This document shows, one piece after another, positions 37,851 to 47,759 of a stretch of DNA of 64,000 bases; positions within the stretch are counted from its first letter, which is position 1; each line of letters begins with the position of its first letter. Position numbers and translations under genes: made by a program. Source of the DNA: a virus; IMG/VR virus record IMGVR_UViG_3300045988_113168. One strand, given 5' to 3'. Below the pieces are notes generated by a model that saw only the letters and a list, made by a program, of their open reading frames with translations, was not told the origin of the DNA and made no database searches.

Positions 37851-38192
37851 ATGAGTAGTTATAAACCGGAAGAAATCTGGACTGCATTTGATGTTTTATC
37901 AAGCAGAATTGCCGATTCTGATGAAATCGGACAGAAGCGTTTAAGACAAATCAAAATCACTCTTACAGAATACTTTGGAATGACTAGACATCTAAAGAAA
38001 ACTCCTTTATGGGATATTTTTGAGTATGAAAAGAAGCTGGAACAGCCGCTTGGCCTTCTGGTTTATGAAAATAATCATCTCAAAGAAGAAATCAATAAAC
38101 TTCATAAAAAGCTGGGTATTAAAGAAAAGTATAAAACAAATCCATACGATTATATGTTCCAAGATGAAGATGGATTTAGAGACAAGGAATGA
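37851..38192 (+). CDS. hypothetical protein
   Basis: 113 aa with SD. Confidence 0.6.
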   Translation: MSSYKPEEIWTAFDVLSSRIADSDEIGQKRLRQIKITLTEYFGMTRHLKKTPLWDIFEYEKKLEQPLGLLVYENNHLKEEINKLHKKLGIKEKYKTNPYDYMFQDEDGFRDKE

Positions 38193-38196
38193 AAAT

Positions 38197-38382
38197 ATGA
38201 CAAACACTGAAAAGAATATCGTTCTCGCAGCTCTTTCTTCTTATCGGCGTAAGCTGATGGATCAGAGTGTTTCATTCCTTAGAGCTGGCAATCACGAGGA
38301 TGCAAAGCAGTCAACGATAGAAGCGGCCAACGTGAATGCATTGGTGATTAAGTTTACAAGAGAAAAGGAGTTTGCAATATGA
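38197..38382 (+). CDS. hypothetical protein
   Basis: 61 aa from MTNTEKN. Confidence 0.5.
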   Translation: MTNTEKNIVLAALSSYRRKLMDQSVSFLRAGNHEDAKQSTIEAANVNALVIKFTREKEFAI

Positions 38383-38666
38383 GAAACCTGTCTAAGCAGA
38401 ACCGTAAGAAAATTTTTGATTTGATTCGTCGGGATTGTGATTTCGTTGGTTCTTACGATTTGGAACATTCTGAAGAAAGTGTTTTGACCTATCTTCCGAA
38501 GCGTGGAACACAGATCTACAAAGATGTTGAAGAAGTTCGTGTCGTAAAAAATCGCAAGACCGGAAACTGGGTTGAGTCCATTATTGATGTGCGTTGGCAG
38601 TACGGTATGACTTGCGCTGATGCAGAGATGATTGAACGTAAGTATCAGTGTAAGTCTAATAAGTAA
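38379..38666 (+). CDS. hypothetical protein
   Basis: 95 aa, ATGA overlap, SD AAGGAG. Confidence 0.6.
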   Translation: MRNLSKQNRKKIFDLIRRDCDFVGSYDLEHSEESVLTYLPKRGTQIYKDVEEVRVVKNRKTGNWVESIIDVRWQYGMTCADAEMIERKYQCKSNK

Positions 38667-38678
38667 GGAGTTTGCAGT

Positions 38679-38999
38679 ATGAATAACGAAAATAAGATTG
38701 TTGTGACTAGTTGGGATGGTAAGTCTTGGGAAATGACTCCTGAACAGATTGAGGCGGCTTACCGTTACAAAGAACGTCAGTATCGCATTGAGGATGCTAA
38801 GAATCAGCTTGAATTTTACGCGGATTGGATTAAAGAAAAATACGGCTATTCCTACGATGAAGTTATTGAACATGCAGAGGAGTTGGCTGAATGTTTTCAG
38901 GACAATTTTGATTGTGATATGTCGGAAAATAGCTTATGGTCTAGTTTTATCACGGAAATGTTTGACGGACTTAGCAGAAAGGAAAATAACGATGACTGA
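38679..38999 (+). CDS. hypothetical protein
   Basis: 106 aa, SD AAGGAG. Confidence 0.6.
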   Translation: MNNENKIVVTSWDGKSWEMTPEQIEAAYRYKERQYRIEDAKNQLEFYADWIKEKYGYSYDEVIEHAEELAECFQDNFDCDMSENSLWSSFITEMFDGLSRKENNDD

Positions 39000-39222
39000 C
39001 CCCTGTCGTTATTGTGTAGCGCCGGAGCGTTATCCTGGTTGTCACGACCATTGTGAGAAGCTGAAGGCTCATCGTGAAAGTGACGAGTATAAAAAGCTGT
39101 GTGAGTATAAAGATACATATTTCAAAAGTCACCTTTGCAAGAATACGGTAGCAATCTATCACGATATGCGTCGCAGAAAACACAAAGGAATGTCTTGCCT
39201 TGGATATAAAGGAATAGGTTAA
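38992..39222 (+). CDS. hypothetical Cys/His-rich protein
   Basis: 76 aa from MTDPCRYC; CRYC...CHDHC. Confidence 0.5.
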   Translation: MTDPCRYCVAPERYPGCHDHCEKLKAHRESDEYKKLCEYKDTYFKSHLCKNTVAIYHDMRRRKHKGMSCLGYKGIG

Positions 39223-39234
39223 GGAGGAAATAAA

Positions 39235-39477
39235 ATGTGGGATTTAATTGAAGATGAATACTCTGAAGAATATAAAATCGGAAGAGCAAAATTCAAGAAC
39301 AAACAAACAGGTCATTACTTTACAATCATGTATAGGATATTTAGCTTTGACATTTCTTTTTATTATCCAGAGTATTCTTTCTCTATCACTCTTACTACCG
39401 TAAGAGATAAAGAAGAAATGAAAGGAATTATTATTTTAAGACATTCTAAAGCTTTGGCTAAAACTTTGGAGGATTAA
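39235..39477 (+). CDS. hypothetical protein
   Basis: 80 aa, SD AAGGAGG; shares the MWDL N-terminus with the next gene. Confidence 0.6.
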   Translation: MWDLIEDEYSEEYKIGRAKFKNKQTGHYFTIMYRIFSFDISFYYPEYSFSITLTTVRDKEEMKGIIILRHSKALAKTLED

Positions 39478-39479
39478 CT

Positions 39480-39728
39480 ATGTGGGATTTAAGAGAAGTT
39501 CATGCACTGTACGATGGTGAATGTTGGGTCTGGAATGAATCTTTCCATCACAAGAATGTGTTCGTAGACGAGAATGAAGATCCGAAAGAAATCTTTTGGC
39601 AGGAATGTCAGATGTTCTTCCTTCAGGACTATCTAAGCAGGTGTGAAATCGTGGATGATGGCGATATCCTGGAACTTCAGTTGAAGGATTCCGGTGAGCC
39701 GGTTCTCGCTATGATTATTGAAGAGTAA
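39480..39728 (+). CDS. hypothetical protein
   Basis: 82 aa. Confidence 0.6.
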   Translation: MWDLREVHALYDGECWVWNESFHHKNVFVDENEDPKEIFWQECQMFFLQDYLSRCEIVDDGDILELQLKDSGEPVLAMIIEE

Positions 39729-39741
39729 AGGAGAATGAGTT

Positions 39742-39912
39742 ATGCAGCAATACGAAATTGTATTTTACCGCAATGATATTCTCGATGAGTTAATTCCGTT
39801 TAAGAAAATGCATAAGGAATTTAATTCATATCAGGAAGCAAGAGTGTGGGCGCAAAATGAATTGTATGACTTGCCTACGGCAGTCGCAATGAATGTGTTT
39901 ATGGACATTTGA
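39742..39912 (+). CDS. hypothetical protein
   Basis: 56 aa, SD AAAGGAGA. Confidence 0.5.
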   Translation: MQQYEIVFYRNDILDELIPFKKMHKEFNSYQEARVWAQNELYDLPTAVAMNVFMDI

Positions 39913-39921
39913 GGTGACAAT

Positions 39922-40167
39922 ATGGACGCCTTACATACGATTATAAAAGAACTGAGAGCAGGTAAGGTTTATGGTAAAACCTATGAGGGTCGAATCGAAC
40001 CGTATTTCTGGTTTGTTATGTATAAAGATGGCAACCTTATCCGTTGGAGACATTTTGGTGAAAGTTCAAACCGTTGCAATTTGAAAGACCTCAAATGGAT
40101 AATAAAGGTCATCTTCAAGACAACGCCAGAGAAGTTTATTGAAGAGTACGAATGTAAATACTGGTGA
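39922..40167 (+). CDS. hypothetical protein
   Basis: 81 aa, SD GAGGTGA. Confidence 0.6.
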   Translation: MDALHTIIKELRAGKVYGKTYEGRIEPYFWFVMYKDGNLIRWRHFGESSNRCNLKDLKWIIKVIFKTTPEKFIEEYECKYW

Positions 40168-40186
40168 TAAAAGGGAGATTTTAGAT

Positions 40187-40684
40187 ATGAGTAAGTATAT
40201 TTTGATTACCGTCAACGAACGTAAAATTTTTGAGCCTAGCTATTTTGAAGCTCTTGATGAAGCTCAAATAGAAATGAGAAAACGTGTTAACCAGATTGTA
40301 AATCAGTCTGGTGGAGAAAATTGCGTAGATTTTAAAATCTTCTCTGAAGAAGCTTATGTGACGGACGCTCATTTTGAGCGTGGTGATGGAAATTGGGATT
40401 TCGCTATCTGTGAAATGGCTGATGCGAAAAACGCTGAAAACATTAAAGACGCCAAATTTACTTCTGTGTGGGATGGTGGTTTTGAAATCACCACAACTTG
40501 CAAAGTGAATATGGAGTCGAAAGAGATTTTTGATATTGAAGTGTCGGAATCGAACTCGGATATGGTAGAACAACTTGATGGCGAATGCGTCACTATTGAT
40601 GGAATTGACTATCGCGCAGTTACCGCAGAATATGCCAATCTATATCCAGAAGAGATGGATGAGGAGACCTTCTGGTATGAATGA
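40187..40684 (+). CDS. hypothetical acidic protein
   Basis: 165 aa from MSKYILI after AAGGGAGA. Confidence 0.6.
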   Translation: MSKYILITVNERKIFEPSYFEALDEAQIEMRKRVNQIVNQSGGENCVDFKIFSEEAYVTDAHFERGDGNWDFAICEMADAKNAENIKDAKFTSVWDGGFEITTTCKVNMESKEIFDIEVSESNSDMVEQLDGECVTIDGIDYRAVTAEYANLYPEEMDEETFWYE

Positions 40685-40802
40685 GAGAGGCACGAGATGG
40701 AGTATATGAAGAGGATGTCTAATTTGAAAATTATAATATGAGAGAAAATTGGGATTTTAAGATTTTCGAAATCTCTAAATAAATTGAAAGGATGTTTTAG
40801 AT

Positions 40803-41669
40803 ATGACTAATTTATATTGCTATGACAATGAGATTATAAAATGGACTTACGACGACAATCTATATTGTTTGCATATTCAGCACGACGACATTGCAGATAA
40901 CAATCCTCGTTGGTGGGATGACCATGATTCTGTAATGGCCTGTTTTCATCCACGTTATCGTCTTGGCGACAAGATTGATGCGAGTACGGCAGAAGAGTTT
41001 TGGAACGATCTGGTTTACAAATATTGTTATGATGATGAAGTTCTTGATGCGCTTTTTAATATGAAGCTGGAAGATACCTGTGTCGTTGTTGATGAGAATT
41101 ACAGTGACGAAAAACGATATGCTATCTGTGGTATCGGAACTCTTTTTAATGAAAAGGTTTCTAATAATCCAATGTATGTTGGATTGAAGTATAACGAAAT
41201 TGCTACATATGTTGCTGGTGAGTTTTCGATTCGCGATTGTCAGATTCTTCTTGATAAGTATATTGCATGGCTTCCTCTTTGGTTGCATGATCATTCTGAT
41301 TTGTCTATGGATTGCGATACGCGATTCAGAGGTTCATGGGATGATAGTAATGTTGGTTGGATTGTGACAGCTATTACGGATGGTTCAGATAATACCAAAA
41401 ATGAAGCAGAACGAATCATGCGTGATGAGGTAAAGGAATACAGTGACTATCTTTCTGGTGAGAACTATGGCTATACGCTTTATCGAGAAGAACACGGAGA
41501 ATGGAAAGAGATTGACAGAGCATTCGGATTTATCGGTTCTGACGTGTTTGAAAACGGTATCACATACAGTGCAGGCTATGGTCTTGAAAAGGAATTAAGG
41601 GAAGATCGATGCCGTATTGGTGATGCAGAAAAGGTTGTGACGGTCACTTATAAATTTGATAAATGTTGA
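40803..41669 (+). CDS. hypothetical protein
   Basis: 288 aa, SD GAAAGGA. Confidence 0.65.
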   Translation: MTNLYCYDNEIIKWTYDDNLYCLHIQHDDIADNNPRWWDDHDSVMACFHPRYRLGDKIDASTAEEFWNDLVYKYCYDDEVLDALFNMKLEDTCVVVDENYSDEKRYAICGIGTLFNEKVSNNPMYVGLKYNEIATYVAGEFSIRDCQILLDKYIAWLPLWLHDHSDLSMDCDTRFRGSWDDSNVGWIVTAITDGSDNTKNEAERIMRDEVKEYSDYLSGENYGYTLYREEHGEWKEIDRAFGFIGSDVFENGITYSAGYGLEKELREDRCRIGDAEKVVTVTYKFDKC

Positions 41670-41689
41670 ATTTTAGGAGGAAAATAAAG

Positions 41690-42184
41690 ATGGATGACAA
41701 CATGATGGAACGTCAGATTGCTGATTATATGGTAGAGTATGGCACTAAGAATACAAATTATGGCACATGGGTATTTGAGGTTGATGAACTGGCGAAAAAG
41801 TTCAATATTACAGAGAAATGGATTCAGGAACATGAAGACGGTATTATGTCTGAGCTGTATCTCAGAGAAGAAGTGGCTGACGTTGAACGTGAATTAAGCG
41901 GCAATGATATGACTATCACACTTTTTGATGTGAATTTCTACACCGACTATTGCCCTAACTATATTGAAGACGAACAGGAAAAGGATGATGGCGTAAATCA
42001 ATATTGGTTTGCTGAAACTCGTTGGTGTATCGATGATATTATCGGTATTGCAAAAGACAATGGAATTGAAATGACTCCGCAGCAAGCAGAACAGTGGTGG
42101 AAAAAGAATGAAAATTGGTTCAGAAACGCTCTTGTTGAATATGGTAATGAGATTCTTTTTAATGCAAATTTTAACGAGGTGTAA
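41690..42184 (+). CDS. hypothetical protein (paralog of 37530..37838)
   Basis: 164 aa after AGGAGGA. Confidence 0.6.
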   Translation: MDDNMMERQIADYMVEYGTKNTNYGTWVFEVDELAKKFNITEKWIQEHEDGIMSELYLREEVADVERELSGNDMTITLFDVNFYTDYCPNYIEDEQEKDDGVNQYWFAETRWCIDDIIGIAKDNGIEMTPQQAEQWWKKNENWFRNALVEYGNEILFNANFNEV

Positions 42185-42187
42185 GGT

Positions 42188-42502
42188 ATGTTTGTGGTGG
42201 TTAGAGATTATTACGATGAGGATGTAATGGCTTTTCCTAAATTCGAAATTTGTAAGACGTTTATTGATGCTCGATTTGCAGTTGGTTACGCCGACAATCT
42301 ATATTCTGATTATAAAAATGAAAATCGAGATGAAGATGCGAGTTACGACTTGGATAAGATTGATTTATATCCTTCAAAAGATGATTGTGAAAACATTTGT
42401 GGTTTGCGAGTAAAACCGAACCCCAAATATATTGTTGGTGAATATGCTACGAATTGTTTTGGTGATGGATACCATAATTACTATTGTGTTGTTGAAGTAT
42501 AA
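42188..42502 (+). CDS. hypothetical protein
   Basis: 104 aa. Confidence 0.6.
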   Translation: MFVVVRDYYDEDVMAFPKFEICKTFIDARFAVGYADNLYSDYKNENRDEDASYDLDKIDLYPSKDDCENICGLRVKPNPKYIVGEYATNCFGDGYHNYYCVVEV

Positions 42503-42517
42503 AAGGAGAGTTTTATT

Positions 42518-42703
42518 ATGAAATACGACACTCAAGCGATGGCTGAGGTCCTTTGTAAAACAGCAGGCGTTGAATATAGCTCTGATTTGGAAAAATTGCT
42601 ATACCATTTAGATATTCAAGCACAAAATCCTTACAATGCAGATTTTCGGCGTACAGGTTTGGCTATCATTGTAAAAGTGTGTGAGGAGTTGGAAAAACGA
42701 TAA
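42518..42703 (+). CDS. hypothetical protein
   Basis: 61 aa, SD AAGGAGA. Confidence 0.55.
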   Translation: MKYDTQAMAEVLCKTAGVEYSSDLEKLLYHLDIQAQNPYNADFRRTGLAIIVKVCEELEKR

Positions 42704-42897
42704 TGTATTATCATCTTGAATACTCTGTCAGACACTTTATGTACGGCGATACATATAGAGGACATGAAATATATCCAACAAAAGAACTGCGTGATGCAGA
42801 GATTGACTGGATGAAAACGTGTTACAGCAGACTGACCGAGCTTGTCTATGCAACGTATGAAACCGAAACGCTTGGTGAAGATAAGATAATAATATAA
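42703..42897 (+). CDS. hypothetical protein
   Basis: 64 aa, 1-nt stop/start overlap (TAATG). Confidence 0.55.
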   Translation: MYYHLEYSVRHFMYGDTYRGHEIYPTKELRDAEIDWMKTCYSRLTELVYATYETETLGEDKIII

Positions 42898-42910
42898 AGG
42901 AGAAAGATAT

Positions 42911-43171
42911 ATGTATAATGTTGATGAACATGATTTCAAAGTCAAAATTCATGATGGCTGGCTGATTGCTACGGAATCGGCAGATAAAGAAAGCTATCCA
43001 GGAATGGGAATTTTTTACTCGAAAGACGGGGAAACATTTTCATGGAACGATTTGATTACAATTGTTGAACAGGATGCAGAAAATGATAAGATTCGGACTG
43101 ATCTATATAAGAAAGGCCGCGAAGATTGTTGCTATGTTTTTGATTACGAAGATGGAGAATTGATAGAGTGA
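42911..43171 (+). CDS. hypothetical protein
   Basis: 86 aa, SD AAGGAGA. Confidence 0.6.
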   Translation: MYNVDEHDFKVKIHDGWLIATESADKESYPGMGIFYSKDGETFSWNDLITIVEQDAENDKIRTDLYKKGREDCCYVFDYEDGELIE

Positions 43172-43389
43172 ACGTTATGATGAAAAGTTGCTTCAATAGA
43201 AATTTCTTCAAATTTAAAACAAGGTCTGGGTACATTATTATTTTGACTTCAACGGATAAAAATGGGCACATGACTGCATTTGCATTTAGCTCAGTCGATG
43301 GAAAAACTTTTCATCCGTGGGATTTGATTAAGGTTTTTGATAACGAGGACGAGCGTATGGCAGATTTCAATTATGACGACATGAGGTGA
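43168..43389 (+). CDS. hypothetical protein
   Basis: 73 aa; start uncertain (GTG 43168 or ATG 43177). Confidence 0.45.
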   Translation: MNVMMKSCFNRNFFKFKTRSGYIIILTSTDKNGHMTAFAFSSVDGKTFHPWDLIKVFDNEDERMADFNYDDMR

Positions 43390-43394
43390 GAGTT

Positions 43395-43712
43395 ATGACT
43401 GCACGTGAAATTGCAAGAGATTTTATTTCTAAGATGAATCCATGTAGATGGAATGGACGTGGATACAAACCGGATACATTTAATGATAAAGATCAGATTA
43501 AATATCATGTAGATGGTCACCCTGAAATTGATGTGGATGTTTATTATGAATATGATGCTGGCGATAATAGCTGGTGGCATTTTTGTGATGCACGTGATAA
43601 TGCTTCTGGCGATAAAATTCTTGGTGTATGTAATCCTAATGTTTGGTCTATTGATGCAATTGAAGAATCTGTTAAATATTTATTTAACAAAATGAATATT
43701 GAAATTAAATAA
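43395..43712 (+). CDS. hypothetical protein (paralog of 36315..36620)
   Basis: 105 aa after GAGGTGAGA. Confidence 0.6.
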   Translation: MTAREIARDFISKMNPCRWNGRGYKPDTFNDKDQIKYHVDGHPEIDVDVYYEYDAGDNSWWHFCDARDNASGDKILGVCNPNVWSIDAIEESVKYLFNKMNIEIK

Positions 43713-43728
43713 AATCGAGGTTTTAAAA

Positions 43729-43974
43729 ATGTGGACTTTTAATAGGATTTATTTTCGGGAAAGTTGTATTTTGCTTGTTGAGGAGGACGGAGAAAAGAGT
43801 GCGATCACAACAAGTGTATATGACTTAATAAGAATGTACAATAACGGTGAGAGTGAATGTCCTAGTGATAACGCAAAGGTTATTTATTGCTCGATTTTTA
43901 ATGTAAAAATGAAATGTAAAACGTTCAAAGATTTTATGGATATGCTTGAGAAAATTGTAGCTGATTGTTGTTGA
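43729..43974 (+). CDS. hypothetical protein
   Basis: 81 aa from MWTFNRI. Confidence 0.55.
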   Translation: MWTFNRIYFRESCILLVEEDGEKSAITTSVYDLIRMYNNGESECPSDNAKVIYCSIFNVKMKCKTFKDFMDMLEKIVADCC

Positions 43975-43984
43975 GGTTTTAGAT

Positions 43985-44242
43985 ATGAAAAGTTATTTAT
44001 TTGATATGAATAATGTATTTTGTATTACGACAGAAGCAAGCAAAAAGATTGTTGTTTTTGATGAAGATTTTACAAGCAAGGATGTAGTTCTTTATTATTT
44101 GTGTAAACGAATTGTTGACCTCGAAAATGCTGGTTATTTAGTTTGCGGGGTCACAGAATTAAATCCAGATGGTTCTCATCCGAAGGTTGCGTTTCGTAAT
44201 ACGAAAGAATATAAGAGAGCTAAAAAGGAGTATAAATTGTGA
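43985..44242 (+). CDS. hypothetical protein
   Basis: 85 aa. Confidence 0.6.
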   Translation: MKSYLFDMNNVFCITTEASKKIVVFDEDFTSKDVVLYYLCKRIVDLENAGYLVCGVTELNPDGSHPKVAFRNTKEYKRAKKEYKL

Positions 44243-44448
44243 TGAATGTCAATGAAATTCGTTACTTTGAACGCAAGATGACCGACAGTGCATTCGACGA
44301 TGCGGTGAAATACGATCCAGCGATTGCAGTTCGTGCAAAGCGAGCATGGGTTATGAAGATGCAAGGGCTGATTTCGTTCCGGGAGTACATTTCTTGTTTG
44401 CAAGATATCACAGGCAATGCACGACTGTTCTGGAAATACCAGTTTTGA
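44242..44448 (+). CDS. hypothetical protein
   Basis: 68 aa, SD AAGGAG. Confidence 0.55.
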   Translation: MNVNEIRYFERKMTDSAFDDAVKYDPAIAVRAKRAWVMKMQGLISFREYISCLQDITGNARLFWKYQF

Positions 44449-44478
44449 TAAAACAGTTCTTTTAGGAGGAAAAATAAT

Positions 44479-44724
44479 ATGAACGAGAAGCGATTTGCAA
44501 TCGATACACCAATTGGGAAGATCGTGGCAGAGGGTTTGATCGAACCATATCCTGAGATTGTGATTTACCTTAAAAGAAACGATGGAGAGGTAATCAGTCT
44601 GTCCAGTATCAATTATGACATTGGTGGTAATATTGAAAGTTATCTTTGGATGGATGTACTCAGTGATGAATATACAGACCATAAGACCTGGCCGTTTGAA
44701 GAGTTGACCGTAGATTTTTCTTAA
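44479..44724 (+). CDS. hypothetical protein
   Basis: 81 aa, SD AGGAGGA. Confidence 0.6.
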   Translation: MNEKRFAIDTPIGKIVAEGLIEPYPEIVIYLKRNDGEVISLSSINYDIGGNIESYLWMDVLSDEYTDHKTWPFEELTVDFS

Positions 44725-44747
44725 CAAATAAAAAGGAGTAAAACAAA

Positions 44748-46052
44748 ATGGCTACTAACAATTCTATGACCAAAATAACATCTAAGCCCTTTGGTGTACT
44801 GAATGTGGATGTTTATCAGAATGATAAGCACCAGTATTACATGACCCGTGAACAAATTGGTGCGGCGCTGGAGTACAGTGATCCTAGAATTGCTATTTAC
44901 AAAATTCATCAGCGCAATGCAGACCGCCTTGATCCATTGAGCTCCGTAACCAAACTGGTTACTCAGGTTGGAAATCATACAGAAGAACGCGAATTGTTCT
45001 GTTACAATCTGCGTGGCGTAATGGAAATCTGCCGCTTCTCTCGCCAGCCGAAGGCTGATGCGTTCATGGATTTCTGCTGGGACATTATGGAATCCTTGAT
45101 GCGTGGTGATTCTGTTCTGGCTACTCCTAAGATGGATGCTGTGTTGAGCAAGGAGTTTATTGACGTAAGACTTCACGCTTTGTTTGATAGCATGAAGAAT
45201 CTTCAGAGTGAACTTGATTCCACTCGTAAGGAGCTCAGTGAACAGATTGAGGAAGCTCGTGCTACTAGCAACGAAGCGCTGAATGTAATCAGCAGCGTAT
45301 CTCAGTGTGTCCATCAGATTAAGGACAAGCAAATGGATAACGCGATTCGTGCTAAAAACTATACTCCTCGCAATGGTTTTCAGGATGAAATGAGTGACTG
45401 GCGTAAAGATTTGTATAGCAAGATTGGTGTGATTGCAAACACCAAAGGCTACACGAACAAAGAGACGCTTCACAAAATCTATGAATATCTGAATCGTAAT
45501 TATGGTTTCGTTTTGGAAGATGCTCGTGCAAAGTATATTAAGAGAACGAATCGTAGCGGGAAAATCTCTACGATTGACATTATTGAAGAGGATTCTACTT
45601 GGAAATCTATTATGGGTGCTGTTGTTGAAGATATGTACGCGGCATCTATTGAGCGTCTGCATCAGAATCAGAATGAACTTCGTCCGGTTTTGAAAACTAT
45701 TGAAGCAGCTCCAGAAGTGAATGTAAACGACGATCCTGTGGTTGAAGTTGAAGTTAAAGAAGTTGTGGATGAGAAGCCTAAGAAACAGAGTGAAATGGCA
45801 ACTCGTCTGGTTCCGATTATTGAACCGTTGGCTCAAAAACTCGGTGATAAAACTATTCATTATCATAAAACCTATCGTATGGTTTACAACAAGATTGGAT
45901 TCACTAAGATGGAAAACATGATGAAGCAGTATAAGCGTATTCATGGTCGTGTTCCGAGTCCCAAGACAAAAGTATTCCTTGAGAATGACAAGGCTATGCG
46001 GATGTTCAAGAAAGCGGTTAAAGAGCTGATGAAAGAGCAGGAGAGTAAGTAA
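44748..46052 (+). CDS. antirepressor (Bro-N domain + C-terminal extension)
   Basis: 434 aa; FGVLNVDVYQNDKHQYYMTREQIGAALEY ... LFCYNLRGVMEICRFSRQPKADAFMDFCWDIMESL. Confidence 0.65.
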   Translation: MATNNSMTKITSKPFGVLNVDVYQNDKHQYYMTREQIGAALEYSDPRIAIYKIHQRNADRLDPLSSVTKLVTQVGNHTEERELFCYNLRGVMEICRFSRQPKADAFMDFCWDIMESLMRGDSVLATPKMDAVLSKEFIDVRLHALFDSMKNLQSELDSTRKELSEQIEEARATSNEALNVISSVSQCVHQIKDKQMDNAIRAKNYTPRNGFQDEMSDWRKDLYSKIGVIANTKGYTNKETLHKIYEYLNRNYGFVLEDARAKYIKRTNRSGKISTIDIIEEDSTWKSIMGAVVEDMYAASIERLHQNQNELRPVLKTIEAAPEVNVNDDPVVEVEVKEVVDEKPKKQSEMATRLVPIIEPLAQKLGDKTIHYHKTYRMVYNKIGFTKMENMMKQYKRIHGRVPSPKTKVFLENDKAMRMFKKAVKELMKEQESK

Positions 46053-46672
46053 TGTATGTAATCTCGAATGGTCACAACTATATTATGAAACGGAAGGGAG
46101 GTCGAATTTGCGCCACCTGTGATATCAATCTGGCATTACAGTTTGAATCTAAGGGACTGGCGATTTGTGAGATCAACAAGCTTCCCGCCGGATATAAGAA
46201 TGGACACTACGCGCCAAAGTCTATAGATAAGGCTACCATCGCTGGCAAGAGTCTGAATATAACGGCTCCGGCTGACAAGCAGAATACATACGCATTTCAG
46301 ATTGAAGATTCCGAATGGCTTGCGAAACTTAAAAAGGATTTGGTTATTACGGATAGGACTATGTGTAATCTGAATGAAACGTATTCAAAAGTGTATGGTG
46401 ACCTGACTGCCGCAGGCGACGAGATTGATGATTTGGAACACGCTATTGAGTTCAAGATTGTAAATGCAGCGCAAGGTTATCAGCTTATGGCAGAACTTAA
46501 AAGGGCTCGCCAGAAGCGTAGGGAAGCTAAGGATGCAAAGTTTTTGCTTGAAATCATTATGAATGAAAAAGATAAGGGCTGGGTAGATGGTAGGTTGGAA
46601 ACTGCTATTGAACAACTTGGCAATCGTAAGTTTACTCCGAAGATTCGTAACGATTTGTTTGAAAAGAATTGA
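46052..46672 (+). CDS. hypothetical protein
   Basis: 206 aa, 1-nt stop/start overlap (TAATG). Confidence 0.6.
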   Translation: MYVISNGHNYIMKRKGGRICATCDINLALQFESKGLAICEINKLPAGYKNGHYAPKSIDKATIAGKSLNITAPADKQNTYAFQIEDSEWLAKLKKDLVITDRTMCNLNETYSKVYGDLTAAGDEIDDLEHAIEFKIVNAAQGYQLMAELKRARQKRREAKDAKFLLEIIMNEKDKGWVDGRLETAIEQLGNRKFTPKIRNDLFEKN

Positions 46673-46681
46673 GGTACATAA

Positions 46682-46834
46682 ATGCCTACTATTAGAGGAA
46701 ATGGACACTGTAAGGTTTGTGGCTCTCCTGCCGCTGTAAATCATGAGTATTGCGATCATTGCCGTAGAATGGTAAGAATCGAAGCACGACAGGCTTACGA
46801 AAGAAAGAAAGAGACGAGAACAGAAACGAAATGA
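46682..46834 (+). CDS. zinc-ribbon protein (possible frameshift extension to 46923)
   Basis: 50 aa; CKVCGS...CDHC. The +1 frame stays open and encodes an HTH-like PVLTFSDVVKLANAEGLSYGKYCLKYGI with no start of its own. Confidence 0.5.
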   Translation: MPTIRGNGHCKVCGSPAAVNHEYCDHCRRMVRIEARQAYERKKETRTETK

Positions 46835-46935
46835 AAAGCCGGTATTGACATTCAGTGATGTTGTAAAACTTGCAAATGCTGAAGGATTGTCTTACGGAAA
46901 ATATTGCTTAAAGTATGGAATTTGAGGTGAATATA

Positions 46936-47754
46936 ATGAGTGCAGCTGTTGAAAGAAAAGAAGAACAGATATCTAAATTGATTTATTTTAATCCGAAGCC
47001 TTCTGTTCCGGCTAAAAAACGTGGTGCTACAAAAAGTAAGCAGAAGCGTAAGCGTAATATTTCTCCAATTAGAAGCTTGGATGATGTTCAAATGATTTCA
47101 GAATACTTCTGGGATAAAAAGCAATATCGCAATTGGTGTCTATTTAATGTCGGTATTGCAACTGGGTTGCGTGCTAGTGACTTGCTTAAATTGAAAGTTT
47201 CTGATATGTCTTACTGTCTTTATAATGGAAAAATTGAGGTGGTTGAAGACGCTGGAGTATGCATCGTTGAAGAAAAAACATCCAAGTATCGCGAAATTAT
47301 TCTTACTCCAGAAGCGAGGGACATTGTTGAAACATACATCAAGATTGTGAATCTTGGATATGATGATTGGATGTTTCCGTCTCGACAAGGGAGTTGGAAA
47401 AAGTCGTTGAGGACAAATGGTGGAGATGGGAAAACTGGTATTCCTCATATTGCAGAACCTAAAAAGGCCGGTGATCCTATTGATGTTGATTCTTTTGCTC
47501 GTATTCTTCGTAATGCTGGTAAGGATTTAGGTCTTAATTATAAGATTGCTTCTCACTCTTGCCGTAAGACGTTTGGTTATCGTGAAATGTGCCTTAACAA
47601 GGATGACAATCAGGCACTGTCTTGGATTCAGAGTCAGTTGAATCATAGTAGCCAGGATATTACATTACGGTACGTTGGTTTTGATGAGGATAAGACAAAA
47701 GAATATTATAAGAAGACTTTTTATGGTGTGAATACACACAGCTTGGAAGACTGA
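46936..47754 (+). CDS. tyrosine recombinase (second integrase-family gene)
   Basis: 272 aa; ATGLRASDLL, HSCRKTFGY, LNHSSQDITLRYVG. Confidence 0.8.
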   Translation: MSAAVERKEEQISKLIYFNPKPSVPAKKRGATKSKQKRKRNISPIRSLDDVQMISEYFWDKKQYRNWCLFNVGIATGLRASDLLKLKVSDMSYCLYNGKIEVVEDAGVCIVEEKTSKYREIILTPEARDIVETYIKIVNLGYDDWMFPSRQGSWKKSLRTNGGDGKTGIPHIAEPKKAGDPIDVDSFARILRNAGKDLGLNYKIASHSCRKTFGYREMCLNKDDNQALSWIQSQLNHSSQDITLRYVGFDEDKTKEYYKKTFYGVNTHSLED

Positions 47755-47759
47755 GGTGT

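Noticed and set aside
44721-45944. 407-aa minus-strand ORF opposite the antirepressor gene
   Set aside because: Shadow ORF. The plus-strand product has a recognisable Bro-N domain and an SD.
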